A stretch of 64,000 nt of DNA, taken from the NCBI RefSeq assembly GCF_023055435.1, contig NW_025963791.1:29016001-29080000 (forward strand), in the 5' to 3' direction. The notes beneath the pieces are model-generated. The model was not told the DNA's origin. It did no database searches and was given only the letters and a program-made list of their open reading frames with translations. The position numbers and the translations under genes were made by a program. Source of the stretch: Haliotis rufescens. Taxonomy: Eukaryota. Shown here piece after piece: positions 13,721 to 26,922 of the stretch (within the stretch, counting starts at the first letter, position 1; each line of letters starts with the position of its first letter).

Positions 13721-14477
13721 GACTGCCAATGTCCCACATGCAAAATGTCGACACAGCTGTAAAGTCCATGGTCAACTTCTGCAATGACCATGCTCTGATC
13801 TCGCTGTCTACGCTACAAAATCCCACACGCTCACTCCCTTATGCCATTATAATTACTTATACCATAAATGCCTGTATTCTATTCTATAAAACAGCAAGCA
13901 TAAAAGCTATACTAATAACCTGGACATTTGATGAACGATCAAGTCAAGATACATTACACATCCTTTCTCGTCATCTCTTGAATAAATTGTAAATCAAATT
14001 TAACTTCGCCCCTTTCAGATGAACCTCAGACTTCACATATACAACGAAACACACACGTGCCCCACATTCACGGCGTTCGCACTTCCTTCCCCCTTCCAGG
14101 AGCGACCCAGTTGCAAGCAGCATCTTCACCTTTGACATTACCAGTGATGCCAGAGATGCTGACACAGCTATCCTGGGAGCCCTGATGAACACAACCTGTC
14201 TATTGACCTGCTTTTGACATAGGTTGTGTATATCTGCTCTGGAAATCTGCTTTTAATACTCTCTGTATATTTAATCTATTTTCTGGGAAACATTTAGGGA
14301 TTTGGTTCCTCAAAGGTTAATGCGTGCAGATAATGTATCTGTTCACTAAAGAAGACCTATGCTCTATTATGCCTCGTTCCAGACATGGTAATTGGGGTTA
14401 AATATGTAATAATTATCTGTACTAAACAGAACTCGTTCAAGAAATATACCTGTCATTTGATTGTATAATTGTTTTGA

Positions 14478-14523
14478 TCAACAGCAGCAGCAGCAGCAGC
14501 AACAACAACAACAACAACAACAG
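14478..14523. repeat. (CAG)n(CAA)n microsatellite
   Basis: Direct reading. Confidence 0.9.
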
Positions 14524-14582
14524 AAACATTAAAAAGAATATTTTTCAGTAATAAGATGAATAGAAACAGCTTTTCACCTTTT

Positions 14583-14748
14583 GGGCGGTCGGGTAGCCTA
14601 GTAGTAAAGAGTTCGCTCGACACGCCGAAGACCCGGTTTCGAATCCCAACATGGGTACAATGTGCGAACCCATTTCTGGTGTCCCCTGCCGTGATATTGC
14701 TGGCATATCGCTAAATGCGGCGTAAAACCATACTCACTCACGCACTCA
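14583..14748 (+). mobile_element. SINE family A
   Basis: Family match; TSD TTTCACCTTT. Confidence 0.9.
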
Positions 14749-15014
14749 TTTCACCTTTGAGAATACACTGCTGAATGTGTCGTGGGGATTAAACTATTGT
14801 TGTTGACCGCGTCGACTAAATTAACTGAGTGCTAAACGACAACGCTAGATAACAACCAACCCCAATCATCCCCTTCCGAGGAAACAGCCCCCACTAGGCA
14901 CATATAAGGCAAAAACAGCCGTGAAAAACGTACGCATGGACGACCGAAAGTCAGTGATGGCACCAGAATAGCAAAATGCCAGCCACCATCACATTGGACG
15001 CCTCAGCGTTTAGA

Positions 15015-15183
15015 GTGAGTGATTGAGGGAGTTGGGTTTTACGCCGCTTTTAGCAACATTCCAGCAATATCACGGCGGGGGACACCAGAAATGGGCTTCA
15101 CACATTGTACCCATGTCGGGAATCGAACCCGGGTCTTCGGTGTGACGAGCGAACGCTTTAACCACTAGGCTACCCCACCGCCC
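15015..15183 (-). mobile_element. SINE family A
   Basis: Family match; imperfect TSD CCTC(A/G)GCGTT(T/C)AGA. Confidence 0.9.
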
Positions 15184-15593
15184 CTCGGCGTTCAGATGAT
15201 ATGTTTTGTGTATCAGTTTGTTTGATTATATTATTTCATTCGCCTGGTGACTTCTTTCACTTGTTTGTCGTCGTCCTTATCCGCAGCCAAAGAGTTTGAA
15301 CATATACTATCCATCCCCACCCTCATCACAAAACGTTAATACCCAGTAGTTGCGTAAAGTGGTTTTCATCCCTGTTAAATGGTTTACTTTACGTAACTAT
15401 TGCCACTCTCTGCCTCTGAGTATTTATATACCGGCCTGGAAATTATCAGCATAATATAATCAAATTACCAGCATAATATAGTATCGCAATAAGTGGCTGT
15501 TATTTGGCTTTGTTAAACATCCGGACCGCCAATAACAATTATAATAATAATGATTCATGTGACATATTGTAAGATACTTTTTCACAGTAATGA

Positions 15594-15759
15594 GTGAGTG
15601 AGTGAGTTTGGTTTTACGCCGCTTTTAGCAATATTCCAGGAATATCATGGTGGCGGACACCAGAAAGCGGCTTCACACATTGTACCCATGTCGGGAATCG
15701 AACCCGGGTCTTCGGCGTGACGAGCGAACGCTTTAACCACTAGGCTATCCGACCGCCCC
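15594..15759 (-). mobile_element. SINE family A
   Basis: Family match; TSD TTCACAGTAATGA. Confidence 0.9.
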
Positions 15760-16726
15760 TTCACAGTAATGAACAGTTTATTCTTGGTCAGGCGTGCTGA
15801 GAGACAATATACTTTGTAATGCAGTAATCCAACAGTACGATGGCACCATGGTACATAATGATATCAAAACAATCCCAGTGTCATAAGGAATGTTCAATAG
15901 AGTACCCCTTATACAAAGTCTCCGAACAAAGACACTCTACAGTGCGTCCTCCATCACTTGAATGTCTTTCAGGTCTACAAAACCTCCATGTCACCTAATT
16001 CACCCGCCCCGACAAAGTAGGTCAACATTGCTCAAAAGAAATTGAAATAAGGACACACTATGTACACACTGCACAAAAAACAAGTCTTAAAAAGGTTTTC
16101 GTGGGTTGGTGTTATCAAACAGTTTAGCTGGTGGTTGGGTGGCTTTTAGCTGCCTGGACAAACAGGTAGAGTGCCTATAGGTCTCATGTCTGGTCAGCGT
16201 GTATTATACTCAGTGTGCCAAGTTGTGATCATTATCATCTATCAACAATGACAGCGGAGGAAGATTTCGAAGTCACCATGCTCATGAGATCGTGAGAGCC
16301 AGATTTATCGTTTCGAGGGACATTATGAAGATTTACAATGTTTGACACACTGATGTATTCATATGCTTGTATTGACATACAATGACTTCTTCTTAACTCG
16401 AAGTATCCCAGACCATTTCATTATGTGTTTATCCGTAGTTCGAGACAACAGAATGCCGATATTAGACCATAGGGCCGAGTCTACACATTTACATCGTCTT
16501 ATGCAATATATGTGGGGTAAAACTTGTTCGAGTAAACAGGGTTGTATCATATGTACATCATTGATATGATGGTTCCCGAAACCTGGTATCATCATTTTTT
16601 GATAGTGTTTTGATAGGGATTCATAAACACATGCTTATGATATTGTCGGAATCGTGCAATGAAATCTCCATTTTACAGCTATAATTTCTTATGATATTGG
16701 ACATGTTTTTAGTTATTATTACCCGG

Positions 16727-17003
16727 AGGGGGCACGGGTGGCCAAGTCGTCTAAGGCGCCGCGATTCGCTGTGCAGAGTTGCGTCCCTTGGGCACACCAG
16801 AAACCTATGATTGTGGGTTTGAATCCCGGTTCGCCCCGATTATGTTTCTAGGTTTGTCAGCACCATACCCGTGCTCGTGGGTTTCACCGAAATGGTAAAT
16901 GTCTGAGACCTGCATCACTTCGGGCTTTCCTCCCACATTAAGCTGACACGCCGTGATATAACTGGAATACTGATAAAAGTGGCGTTAAACCCGACTCACT
17001 CAC
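16727..17003 (+). mobile_element. SINE family C (tRNA-Leu-like head, V-domain-like core)
   Basis: GTGGCC.AGT.GTCTAAGGCG head; CCCGTG..CGTGGGTTTC...CGGGCTTTCCTCCCACA core resembles V-SINEs; TSD TATTAT(T/C)ACCCGG. Confidence 0.85.
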
Positions 17004-18235
17004 TATTATCACCCGGTTTTATTGATTATTATGTCACATAAAACAACGCTCTAATATGATGGTAAGTTCATTCTTTAGTTGGTGCATGCGAACACGTTGA
17101 ACGTGTTTGATCGTTCAATAAAAGTGTACATTAAGAGCATGAGCATTTATTCATGTAAACATCCAAGCTTTAGATGTAATGACAATTAAACAGTTTTCTA
17201 TCAGCACAAATATGTGGCGAACATAAACAAGGTACTATAATGAACCCAGTGTATCACGGTAACGTTTCAACTGCATACATTGGTCAATAAACAACAACAA
17301 ACAATTGCAACTCACTCGCTCTGTCGACATGGCAGTATAGCAGAAAATATATTAAACTTGACACTATGTCTCCTGATAGCATCGGATATTGTGACCCAGG
17401 CCGACGGATCAGTCAGCATGCGAATTGCATTATCAGCTCCCTGGGGAGTATACCAAATACGAGTATACGTGTACTTAACATCGACGATAGGGTAAACAAT
17501 GTCATATGAGTATAAACTAGGCATGCACTATTGTGTGTTTCATGCAGTTCGTTGTATCTCTCATCCAACAACAGTTATTACTTAATCCTTGCAGTTTACA
17601 TTTCAATACTGATCAGTTTTTTTAAACGTCCCTTAACCTCGGTTACACACACCCGTACATAGCTATCCTTACATTTTAATGACATTTTACTAAAGAAATA
17701 AACGACGTCTATCGTACCATAAAACACTACAGGGAGAATAACCACTCGGGGCTGCGATATGAGATATCAACATTATGTACAGCCTATTTAAAGACGTTGA
17801 TAAAATGTACAAGCTTTAAAACTATTTACCCGTATTTAAATAATGATGACTCCCTGAATACAATCCGACCCCTGCAATATTGGACAAGTCTATTGAACAA
17901 ACAGGTGGGTAAAGGTCGGTATCTTCCGCATAAATACACTCCTCACGTCAAACATCTATACCTTTTCTTCTAATACCGATTGTCATATCTGATCGTTCGG
18001 CCACTGCGTTTATCTGCGTAGACCAGCTACGTATTTGGGGAACTACTTACAAGACACCTCCCTCTCAAAAATAACGTCGTCAAATATATTAGCACATATT
18101 AGAATCTCCAGAAATGACTTCATGATAGAACAATGTTTTATCGTGAAATAAAACACGCTTGGTTCTTCATTGTTCTTTGCGATTTATCGCATAGCTATCT
18201 TATATTATTGTGTAATCAACACTGTACTGTATCAA

Positions 18236-18305
18236 GTCTTTGAATTGCATCAGGAAGTGATGCACATAAGAGGGAGAATCTATGGATGTCAACTTCGTTA
18301 TTACA
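18236..18305 (-). mobile_element. Short fragment of the same PLE pseudo-LTR family
   Basis: GTCTTTGA...AAGAGGGAGAATCTATGGATGTCAACTTCGTTATT matches the arm end of the 38.2 and 42.2 kb elements. Confidence 0.5.
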
Positions 18306-18413
18306 ATGTTCTGTAGATTCTGTAGATTCTGTAGATTCTGTAGGAGATTCTGTTCTTCTTGTTGAGTATCTTTGTTCGCATTGCAGTTACGTTTGGTTAT
18401 AGACTGAAGTGGT

Positions 18414-18690
18414 CATCTTTTCGAGGCAAGAGGGTTAACTGACTATTAAAGTCCAGTTTCCACCCTTGCCGAACTAGGCTGGTATTATGGAGTAAGTTAC
18501 AATTCGGCTGGACTAACGAGTCTATGCATAGTCCAATCAAATTCGCGCAACGAAATCGAAATCCGGTTCCTAAACTCTTGCAGATTTCGGTCGATTGCAG
18601 GATTTGCAAAGCATGTGCACCGCTAGCTCGTTGGCAAGGGTGGAAACTGGACTTTTAATAGTCAGTTAACTCGCTTGCCTCGGGAAGATG
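18414..18690. mobile_element. MITE-like element with ~57-bp terminal inverted repeats
   Basis: CGAGGCAAG..GTTAACTGACTATTAAAGTCCAGTTTCCACCCTTGCC and its reverse complement. Confidence 0.8.
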
Positions 18691-18761
18691 GAAGTGGTAG
18701 GGTAGTCTTGTGATTGAAGTGTGAACTGGAATGATTCCCAAAGCAATGTGTTCCTGTAATG

Positions 18762-18977
18762 TTTGTGTGTTTGTTGTTTAACGCCCCACTCAGCAATATT
18801 CCAGCTATATGACGGTGGTCTGTAAATAGTCGAGTCTGGACCAGGCAATCAAGTGATTGATATTATGAGCATCGATCGACGCAATTGGGAAAGGATGACA
18901 TGCAGCGAGCCTGCCCACACGATCCCGTTCGTCGCCTCTCACGACAAGCATGGGTTGCTGAAGACCAATTCTAGTTC
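18762..18977 (-). mobile_element. Family B retroposon
   Basis: Family match. Confidence 0.82.
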
Positions 18978-19649
18978 TACAACGCTACCAAGGTACCCCA
19001 TATTTGCCACTGTGTCTTTTAAGACCTACTGCATGTTTCCTCGTCATCAAAGATACAACAATGTTGCATCTCTTCATATACCAGCGAAATAGTGGAAGTT
19101 AAGAACAAACGGTACACACACCCAAGCACATATGTAGGTATCACACATTAACCGTCTGTAAGGAAGAATGACATTTGGGATACTTACTGTCCGACAAAAT
19201 GACAAATAATTAGCAGTGAGTGAAGGTGGGTACAGTCTAGTAAATACATTTTAGTAATAATCTCGAAGAATATCCAATTACATCCCTCCTTTGTCGTTAA
19301 AGAATCACCTTTTCCAAATTATTATAAATATATCACAAATTCCTCACTATTGTCATCCTACAGACCATCTAATTTCACGTTCCTATCCACGCAACGCTGT
19401 CCAGAAGGCGGAACAGTGTTGTGTTTGGTGGAACAGTGTTTAAGTGTTTAGGCCTGGGACACCTTCATTTGAACGAGGATTATACCTGGTTCGATTGCAC
19501 TTCAAATTCAAGGTCCCTGAATAACTTACTGCAAGTTATGCATTTACCAGATCGTGATGACCCTGAAATGGGCGGAAAGACGTAAACGATGTTGTCCTTT
19601 GAAATTGTCTGATGAATCAGGATATTGAATAACGCCAACTCACGGTTAC

Positions 19650-20110
19650 GTGTAGTGCATGGTCCTCCCACGAATATAAAATTAAACAAGCCTTTGTTAA
19701 AATGCATTCAAAGAGAATTGACATTGTCTGCTGACGGTTTTATTTGCAGACTAGAAATGATCTATCTTATGAGGCAATCTGCCTACCTATCGTGAGATGG
19801 CACGTTGCTTTTTAAACATATACCGTTTTAATGACAATATCTACTTCAGCGTGTGTAGGAAATGTGGAATTTAGTCCTATAAGACCAGCGTCTTCAGTAA
19901 AAGTTGAAGTGCTTAATCTCCTTTGAAAGTATACATTCAAACACTTTAACAGGAATTGAGCACATTGGTTAATTCGATAAGAGATACTTGAAAGCACATA
20001 TCCTCTAGGCTGAGATGGGTTTACGAACGTTAATGACAATATGATATCGACATGAGTAAGAACACGCGGACATTCAGTTCCCATGTACTATGGTCTTCCC
20101 ACCTGCAGGA
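19650..20110 (-). pseudogene. Highly degraded Penelope-like RT remnant
   Basis: MGTECP, VDIILSL, C..FL..LNVYF..RLSTS and FP.H in the expected order of PMGTNCAP / YIDDILS / FLDL / FP. Confidence 0.4.
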
Positions 20111-20972
20111 TATTAGACATTAGACATAGGTGAAGGCGAACTTATATCGGTGTTCAGAAACAGCCGGAGGTCTACCTTGAAACTGAGATGTTTATCTTAA
20201 TGGCCGTGAACACCAGACCACAGGGATGTAACATCAAACACGAACATCCCTTAGGTAAGAATTTTAGAATAGCAGAGTACAATGTTTATGTTTGATGAAT
20301 CTTGAAATGATTAACAAGAGAGATAAGTTCCCGTTTTCTGCGTTCAAAACCACAACGGAATTAGGAAGATTGTGAAATTACACACTTGACTCTCTGACAA
20401 ACGTGTGTACATGCTTTCCTCACAAGTAGGATTTGAATGTATGAAGTTTAATATTCAATTACTCAACGACCTTGGGGGATATTGGCCTTCAAAATGAATC
20501 AGGCATTTAACCGTGGGCTAGGTAGACCCTCATACGGAATACATTGTAAACCGAATGTATAAAGTACATGTTTATGTCCTTTCAAGGAGCTTGCAGTGAA
20601 TGAGGTAAAGGACATGGTATAAACTTTATGACAGGTAAATATAATACATATACACACATTCCTTAAATGATTATTCAAGGAGTTAGTCATTCCATTCAAA
20701 GTCCGTGTACAGCTGTTTGAAGGCAGAAGCATTCAGATACAAATATATACACGCGTCATCTGGTGACTGGTGTGTGGGTAGTTTCGGAACATGTCTTTCC
20801 TGTTTCTGACACGGACATGTTACGCTCACTGTTGCATCGTAAATTACTGAATGGTCAACCTACCAACAATTCAAAGGATATGTACCTGGCTTAGTATATT
20901 CATATTTGTTTTCATATATTTAATGATTTGCTACGAATATTGTTATGATAGTGATACTTAATATGATAGAAA

Positions 20973-21123
20973 CGATTATATCGCAGCGTGTCAGCTTAAT
21001 GTGGGAGGAAAGCCCGAAGTGATGCAGGTCTCAGACATTTGCCACTTCGGTGAAACCCACGAGCACGGGTATGGTGCTGACAAACCTAGAAACATAATCG
21101 GGGCGAACAGGGATTCGAACCCA
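20973..21123 (-). mobile_element. SINE family C internal fragment
   Basis: Family match; flanked by TAATATGATAGAAA. Confidence 0.8.
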
Positions 21124-21460
21124 TAATATGATAGAAATGTAGTTATTGTTCACTGATGGAATATCAATTATTAACATCGGTTTCATTTGGTTATATACTA
21201 TTACCACATATGGATAATATTTGACGAAACTAGACCGTTTTCATGTAATTGTGTTATCTTCAATTGAATTTTGATAACTATCAGAAAAATGTAAAATTAT
21301 ATAGTGTATCAGTTAACATAACATTTCATTGTATATGTTCTGTTAAACAATGGGTGAGTGTTTAGAAACCGGTGTCGAATGGACAGTGCATGTTTAAAAC
21401 ACATTCAAATTAGAACACGTCCTCCGTCTAATATCGAGGGATAATCCTAACTGTACTTAC

Positions 21461-21654
21461 CATTTCCACTCGATGCCCTCTTTCTTCACAACCACGTATA
21501 TTCCTTCTATAATGAAAGGCACTGTGGCCAGTGTCAGTAGCCAGAACTGGTCATTCTGCCAGACATCGGTCACTCTCCAGATGGCCACAATAGTGTGCAA
21601 AAACAATACCAATCTAACGGTCACCGCCTTGATTATATTCATCGTGGCCATCAT
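21461..21654 (-). CDS. TMEM26: Transmembrane protein 26-like, first coding exon; remaining exons not found in the window
   Basis: MNIIKAVTVRLVLFLHTIVAIWRVTDV...FWLL...EG...K.GIEWKW matches the TMEM26 N-terminus (A..TRLLF.LH...VWRV...YWLL...E....G..YKW); perfect donor TG|GTAAGT at 21460. Confidence 0.85.
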
Positions 21655-21819
21655 GCATTCGTAGGATTAAACCCAGGTGCCCAGTTTGTCTATACACACG
21701 TTCTACACGAGGACGACTCAGCGCGGCCGACCTGTTTCAGTACAAACGGAGGGACTGCTGTTGAATGTAGGTGAGCACCTTGTCTCACCCCTCGAGATTT
21801 AGTTCCGCATAGATTCGGT

Positions 21820-21935
21820 CTCCCGCCCCTGAAGTAAGGTATTGGGAGCCGGTACCCACTAGTCGGGTATTTATCCTAGTTTACCCATTGGCTTGTAACA
21901 CGATGCTACATCTAGGCTCTTAGCCCCGCCTCGTA
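21820..21935 (-). promoter_or_regulatory. Candidate TATA-less promoter of TMEM26: two CCAAT boxes and two GC boxes
   Basis: Minus-strand GGGGCGGGAG (~21820-21829), CCAAT at 21841-21845, AGCCAATGGG around 21887-21891 and GAGGCGGGG (~21924-21932), all 170-280 bp upstream of the ATG in a locally GC/CpG-richer patch. Confidence 0.45.
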
Positions 21936-22476
21936 GCTACCCTCACACCGGGGCGCTCTTGTGGCTGTTTGGTGCATGCGAGGGCCAGTTGGGGCCATGT
22001 GATTATATATTGTGAAAGTATTGGATCTTTTATCTGTCCTATATGACATCCTCTATAGATCCTAGCATGCTCGTTGTCAATACACTTCATTGTGTGGAAG
22101 TAACGCACGACATGGTCCTTGGCGATTGTCCGAAGCTTTTATCATCAAGCGACACTAGCCATTTTATTACTTTATATAGGTGGTAATGTCATGTTTTTGA
22201 AAGAACGGATGATATATTATTTGAATATATTCGCACGTCATTTGAAAAGGCATGCACTAGCAGGCACGACGTACGGGATGTCATGGCAAATAGGGAATCT
22301 GCATTCCAGATGTGTGACTTTTTTTAACTGTGTCCCATATTCCACTTACATGGCGGTTTTATGTCGCAGGGACATTCAATGTAGTGTTTCACGTCAACAG
22401 GTTTCGTTTGCTTAGTCTCACAAAGCATTATACGTTCACGATATAAAAGGGATCGTATATGTTTGTATATGCAGTG

Positions 22477-22644
22477 GGGCGGTCGGGTAGCCTAGTGGTT
22501 AAAGCGTTCGCTCGTCACGCCGAAGACCCGGGTTCGATTCCCGACATGGGTACAATGTGTGAAGCCCATTTCTGGTGTCCCCCGCCGTGATATTGCTGGA
22601 ACATTGCTAAAAGCGCCGTAAAACCATACTCACTCACTCACTCA
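22477..22644 (+). mobile_element. SINE family A
   Basis: Near-consensus copy; TSD TTGTATATGCAGTG. Confidence 0.92.
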
Positions 22645-22947
22645 TTGTATATGCAGTGAATACAAATATCCACTTGCATTCCCGTGCGGAATCTGATCCT
22701 GGAGCATTACACCCTACTCAGTCAATGTTAGTCTGCGTACCCAAACGACGCTGATCGCAACTTAAGCTATCAGCCATTGGTGTGTCTGGTCCATGATCGA
22801 TTAATACGAAACCACTGATAAAAGAAACGTTTGCACTGTGTGGCTGAAAAACCCGATTATCTGTTTCATGTATTCTGAAAACTAAGTTTTACATTAGATG
22901 ACAGTTCTAATAAATAGATGGATAGAGGAACCGGTCTAAACAGGATT

Positions 22948-23151
22948 TGAGTGAGTGAGTGAGTGAGTGAGTGAGTGAGTGAGTGAGTGAGTGCTGGAGT
23001 ATGGTTTCATGCAGCTTTTAGCATTATACCATTAATATCACTGCGGGGGGCATTAGAAATGGGCTACACACATTGTACCCATGTGGGGAATCGAACCTAC
23101 GTCTGCGGGGTGACGAGCGAACGCTTTAACCACAAGACAACCCCACCGCCC
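22948..23151 (-). mobile_element. SINE family A, diverged, with an expanded (GTGA)n tail
   Basis: Family match plus ~11 GTGA units. Confidence 0.85.
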
Positions 23152-23663
23152 AGGGTGTGTGTGATATTGGAGCCCAGTATAACCAGTACATGGTTATCGA
23201 AACCGTATCATCGAATATTAGAGCTTACGCTTCAATCTCTAGACTACCCCAATATCTCTAGATGGTAATTATTAAAACATATGAAAAATCGCTCATATAT
23301 TACATTTTTGTATCGGGGACTGTGAGTAGCGTGACGAGATCAAATGATCTGCATGTACCTTTGGTCACGTTTAATAACAGTACGTTCCATTTCCTCTAAT
23401 GTATCCTGCTAAACTTAGCATCAATAGAACAATCAGCAAAGCGTTTAATTGTTAGGAAATGTTGGTCACATCCTGTTAGAAGAGTTTGTCACATGTGGTG
23501 GCTGTGTCTATGTACACAATGTGAATTATTACCCATAGGATGTAAAGGCTGGAAATATTAATCATCCATAAATTTGTCACTGCAATTTGCAATATATATA
23601 TATATAATTATCGGATAGGAACACATATTCTGATTGTTATCTTAACATATCTTTCTTATATAG

Positions 23664-23997
23664 GTGAGGTGAGGTGAAATGGGGTTTAACGTCGCTTCCA
23701 GGATTATTGTACTTATATAGCGACGTACATGTACGTGTGTGTGTTTGTGTGGCTGCTTGTACTAGTCCGGACTGATGCCGATTTATAGTGCTAGCTCACT
23801 GAGATACCATGCCGCAGTTTAACATGAATATCCCACTCAGACGCAGTATACTGACTCCGAGCCGACAAGTCCTTGTTTTAGCCCCTTAATGCCGAGCGCC
23901 ACACAGGGTAACAACAAGTACCATCTTTTAACGTCTTTTGGTATGACGCGGCTGGGGATCCGGGCGGACGCTCTACCACAAGACCGCGTAGGCGGTC
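23664..23997 (-). mobile_element. SINE family D (MetaSINE-like core, (CACCT)n tail)
   Basis: GGTAGAGCGTCCGC head; CATACCAAAAGAC.TTAAA..ATGGTACTTG...GGCGCTCGGCATTAAGG core; TSD TTATATAG. Confidence 0.8.
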
Positions 23998-24383
23998 TTT
24001 ATTATATAGTAATTCATAAACACATTGTGATTCATAAACACATGCTCATGATATAGTCGGAATCGTACAATCGACTCTGCTTTATGCAGGGATTTCTATT
24101 GGATATGGAAAGGGTTTGTGGGTTTATTTAATTAATTATAAAACATTTTAAAAACATACAATTACATTAAATCTGTTACATTCAGTACCCACGTTTTGAT
24201 AGATTACAGGACATCAACAGGACAATTAAGAAAATCTGTTTCCTTTCATTTAACATTTGATTAAAACCCCATTTAAACATGAATTCTTTTGGTGATATTA
24301 GATGGGGAATTCCTTTTCGTTAACACAAAATATTCAAGCGATACATATATAAGCGTTATTAGTATATATAGACAGATTAAATA

Positions 24384-24660
24384 GGGGGCACGGGTGGCCC
24401 AGTTGTCTAAGGCGCGTCCCTGTGCAGAGGTGCGTCCCTTGGGCACACCAGAAACCTATGATTGTGGGTTCGAATCACGGTTCGCCCCGATTATGTTTCT
24501 AGGTTTGTCAGCACCATACCCGTGCTCGTGGGTTTCACCGAAGTGGTAAACGTCTGAGACCTGCATCACTTCGGGCTTTCCTCCCACATTAAGCTGACAC
24601 GCCGCGATATAACTGGAATACTGTTAAAAGCGGCGTTAAGCCCAACTCACTCACTCACTC
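24384..24660 (+). mobile_element. SINE family C
   Basis: Family match; TSD ATTAAATAG. Confidence 0.88.
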
Positions 24661-26922
24661 ATTAAATAGTTTTATTTGACGACATCAATTTAAGACCAAT
24701 AAGAGTAATATATTTCCAATATCTCAGGTATACAATTGACACAGCATGATATACCTCATCCCTTTTTCGAAAAAATAATCATATTTCTCTTCAAGCTGTG
24801 CGTCGGGTAAACCCGTTCATTTCGGTTGAACAAAGAAACGTGCTTCTGTTCGTTAATACGTTGACTCTTGACCCTGGACGAGAAACCATCTTTTGTAGGC
24901 GAATACCGAAGATGGCGTATTACCTTGGCCATGAATTTAACCATTGTCAGTTGAGAGAGATAAGCCTTGAGTTTGAAATGAGTTTCTTTATTACATTTTA
25001 GCCTTGAACCCTGGTTTACACAAACTGAATTGCAAACATTTCAACGTCAGTGTCGCTACAATATATCTACACCAATGGTAAATAAGTCTTGTTCATGCAT
25101 CATTGCAGACTTCGTTAAGTTCATTCTTTCAGAGTCATCTAGGATGAAAATGTAATAAGGCACACCACACACTGGCATAGAGGTTTATTCTTCTTGGTGT
25201 ACATTGGGAATCAAGGGTTGGTGGTTAACAGAAATGTGAAAATAAGAAACGATATAGCTTGCATAAATGATGTGATGGGCCGTTTTAGACCTGTTTCAAT
25301 GACCGAGATAAATGCTTTAATTCTAACCCTTGGGTGAGTGAGTCTCAACATCATTTCAATTATATTCGACGCGTCACCTTGACGTGGGAGGAAAGTCGTA
25401 GACGATGACCAAAATGTAGCGATACAAATTATATGAATGGATCACCGAAATCAGTGATGACACCGGGTGTTTGCGAAATGGGTTCACGTTATCCTGCTCT
25501 ACCGGTAGCACCCGGTACTCACACATATTTTCATGAAAAAGTAGTCGTTTATTTGTTGCCTAACGCCGCACCCAGCAATAATCCTGCATAGTTACGGCGG
25601 CGGCCTGTTAACAATCGAGTTCAGACAACCCACAGGCAGGTATGGTGCTGAGAAACCTACAAACATTATGAGGGTGAATTCCAACACTGTTACCATATCT
25701 GTCTAGGACAATATTTGACGAAACTAAATCGTTATTATGTAAATTTATTTCGCTCGCATTTTCGATTTATTTTTCATAGATAACAGAAAAATGTTGAATT
25801 ATACAGTGCATCAGTTAACTGGATAATTAACAATCCAATGACACCGGTCCCCTTTAAAACTTTGAGATAAGTGTACATATGTAGATTTATTTCCTCTGAT
25901 TTCAGGAACCATCCAATTACGTTCGCCGGACTGTGATTCCGACATCAAGGAACATGCTGAAACGTTCTCATAATGTTATAGTAAGCGTTTAGAGTAACAT
26001 AATATATACGTTGCACCGATTGTCTTAATAATGGAATAAATTTGGACCGTGGGAACTTAAACTGCTATACGAGCTTGTGAATTAATACCAGATGGGCTTT
26101 CAAGACGTTGTCCCAGCCATGTGCAACGTTTCTGTCTATTAATTAGAGGGCATCACATCATCCAGAGACACATCTTCCGAGCTGGCTAGCGATAGACATT
26201 TCCACAAATAGTTCGCGAACACCCGGTGTCGTGTGAGAGTATAATCTCACTGATTAACAAATGGAAAACTATGGGAATTACGAGGTACAATATGTTCCTA
26301 CATGTACTATTACGAATACACATTTTCAAAATACTTAGTTTCGTTTTTGGTGATAAATATGGTTGTTCGAGTATGGCGTACGTATATCATTAACTGTCGT
26401 GGAAAGATTTATTCGTGCTGATTGAAAGCTAGTCTGTTTCACAGTCCCTGAACCATATTATTATCCCTTTCGCCCAGCCCTTTCTATTATACAAAAGTCC
26501 AAATGGAGGAAGTCTAGATTTTCCTCTGGTTCAGGCGGAACAGTTGCTCACTTCTCTCTCATGCATGTCACCCAGCTTCCGCAACCCCCACTCCCTCCTC
26601 CCCCATCCTGTATCCGTTCCTGGTTGTGTTACTGTACATTTAAACCAGTGGGTGCACGTGATAGGCATGGCCTCAACTGCAGTGAATTACTCAGAGCCAG
26701 GCCATTCGAATAAGCTCAGCTATTACCGACTGCATTTATCATAATATTACATGCATTCACTAGGTTAGGATAATATCATTGTATGCTTTAGTCTTCTGCA
26801 TGATCATAGAATGGATTTTGAATAACTTTGAAATTTCTTGATAATGACTATGTCCATAACATGCATTATTCTAAAGTGTAAATATGATGATGTCGATCTA
26901 AGTATTTAAAGCCAGTGTTGAT

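Noticed and set aside
577-17447. Perfect COE/EBF sites TCCCNNGGGA (577-586, 17438-17447) as cholinergic enhancers
   Set aside because: Over 25 kb downstream of SLC5A7, and two hits in 64 kb is compatible with chance
22477-22552. tRNA-Asp gene
   Set aside because: The tRNA-like head continues into SINE body and tail with a TSD, and the acceptor stem does not pair; the same applies to all copies
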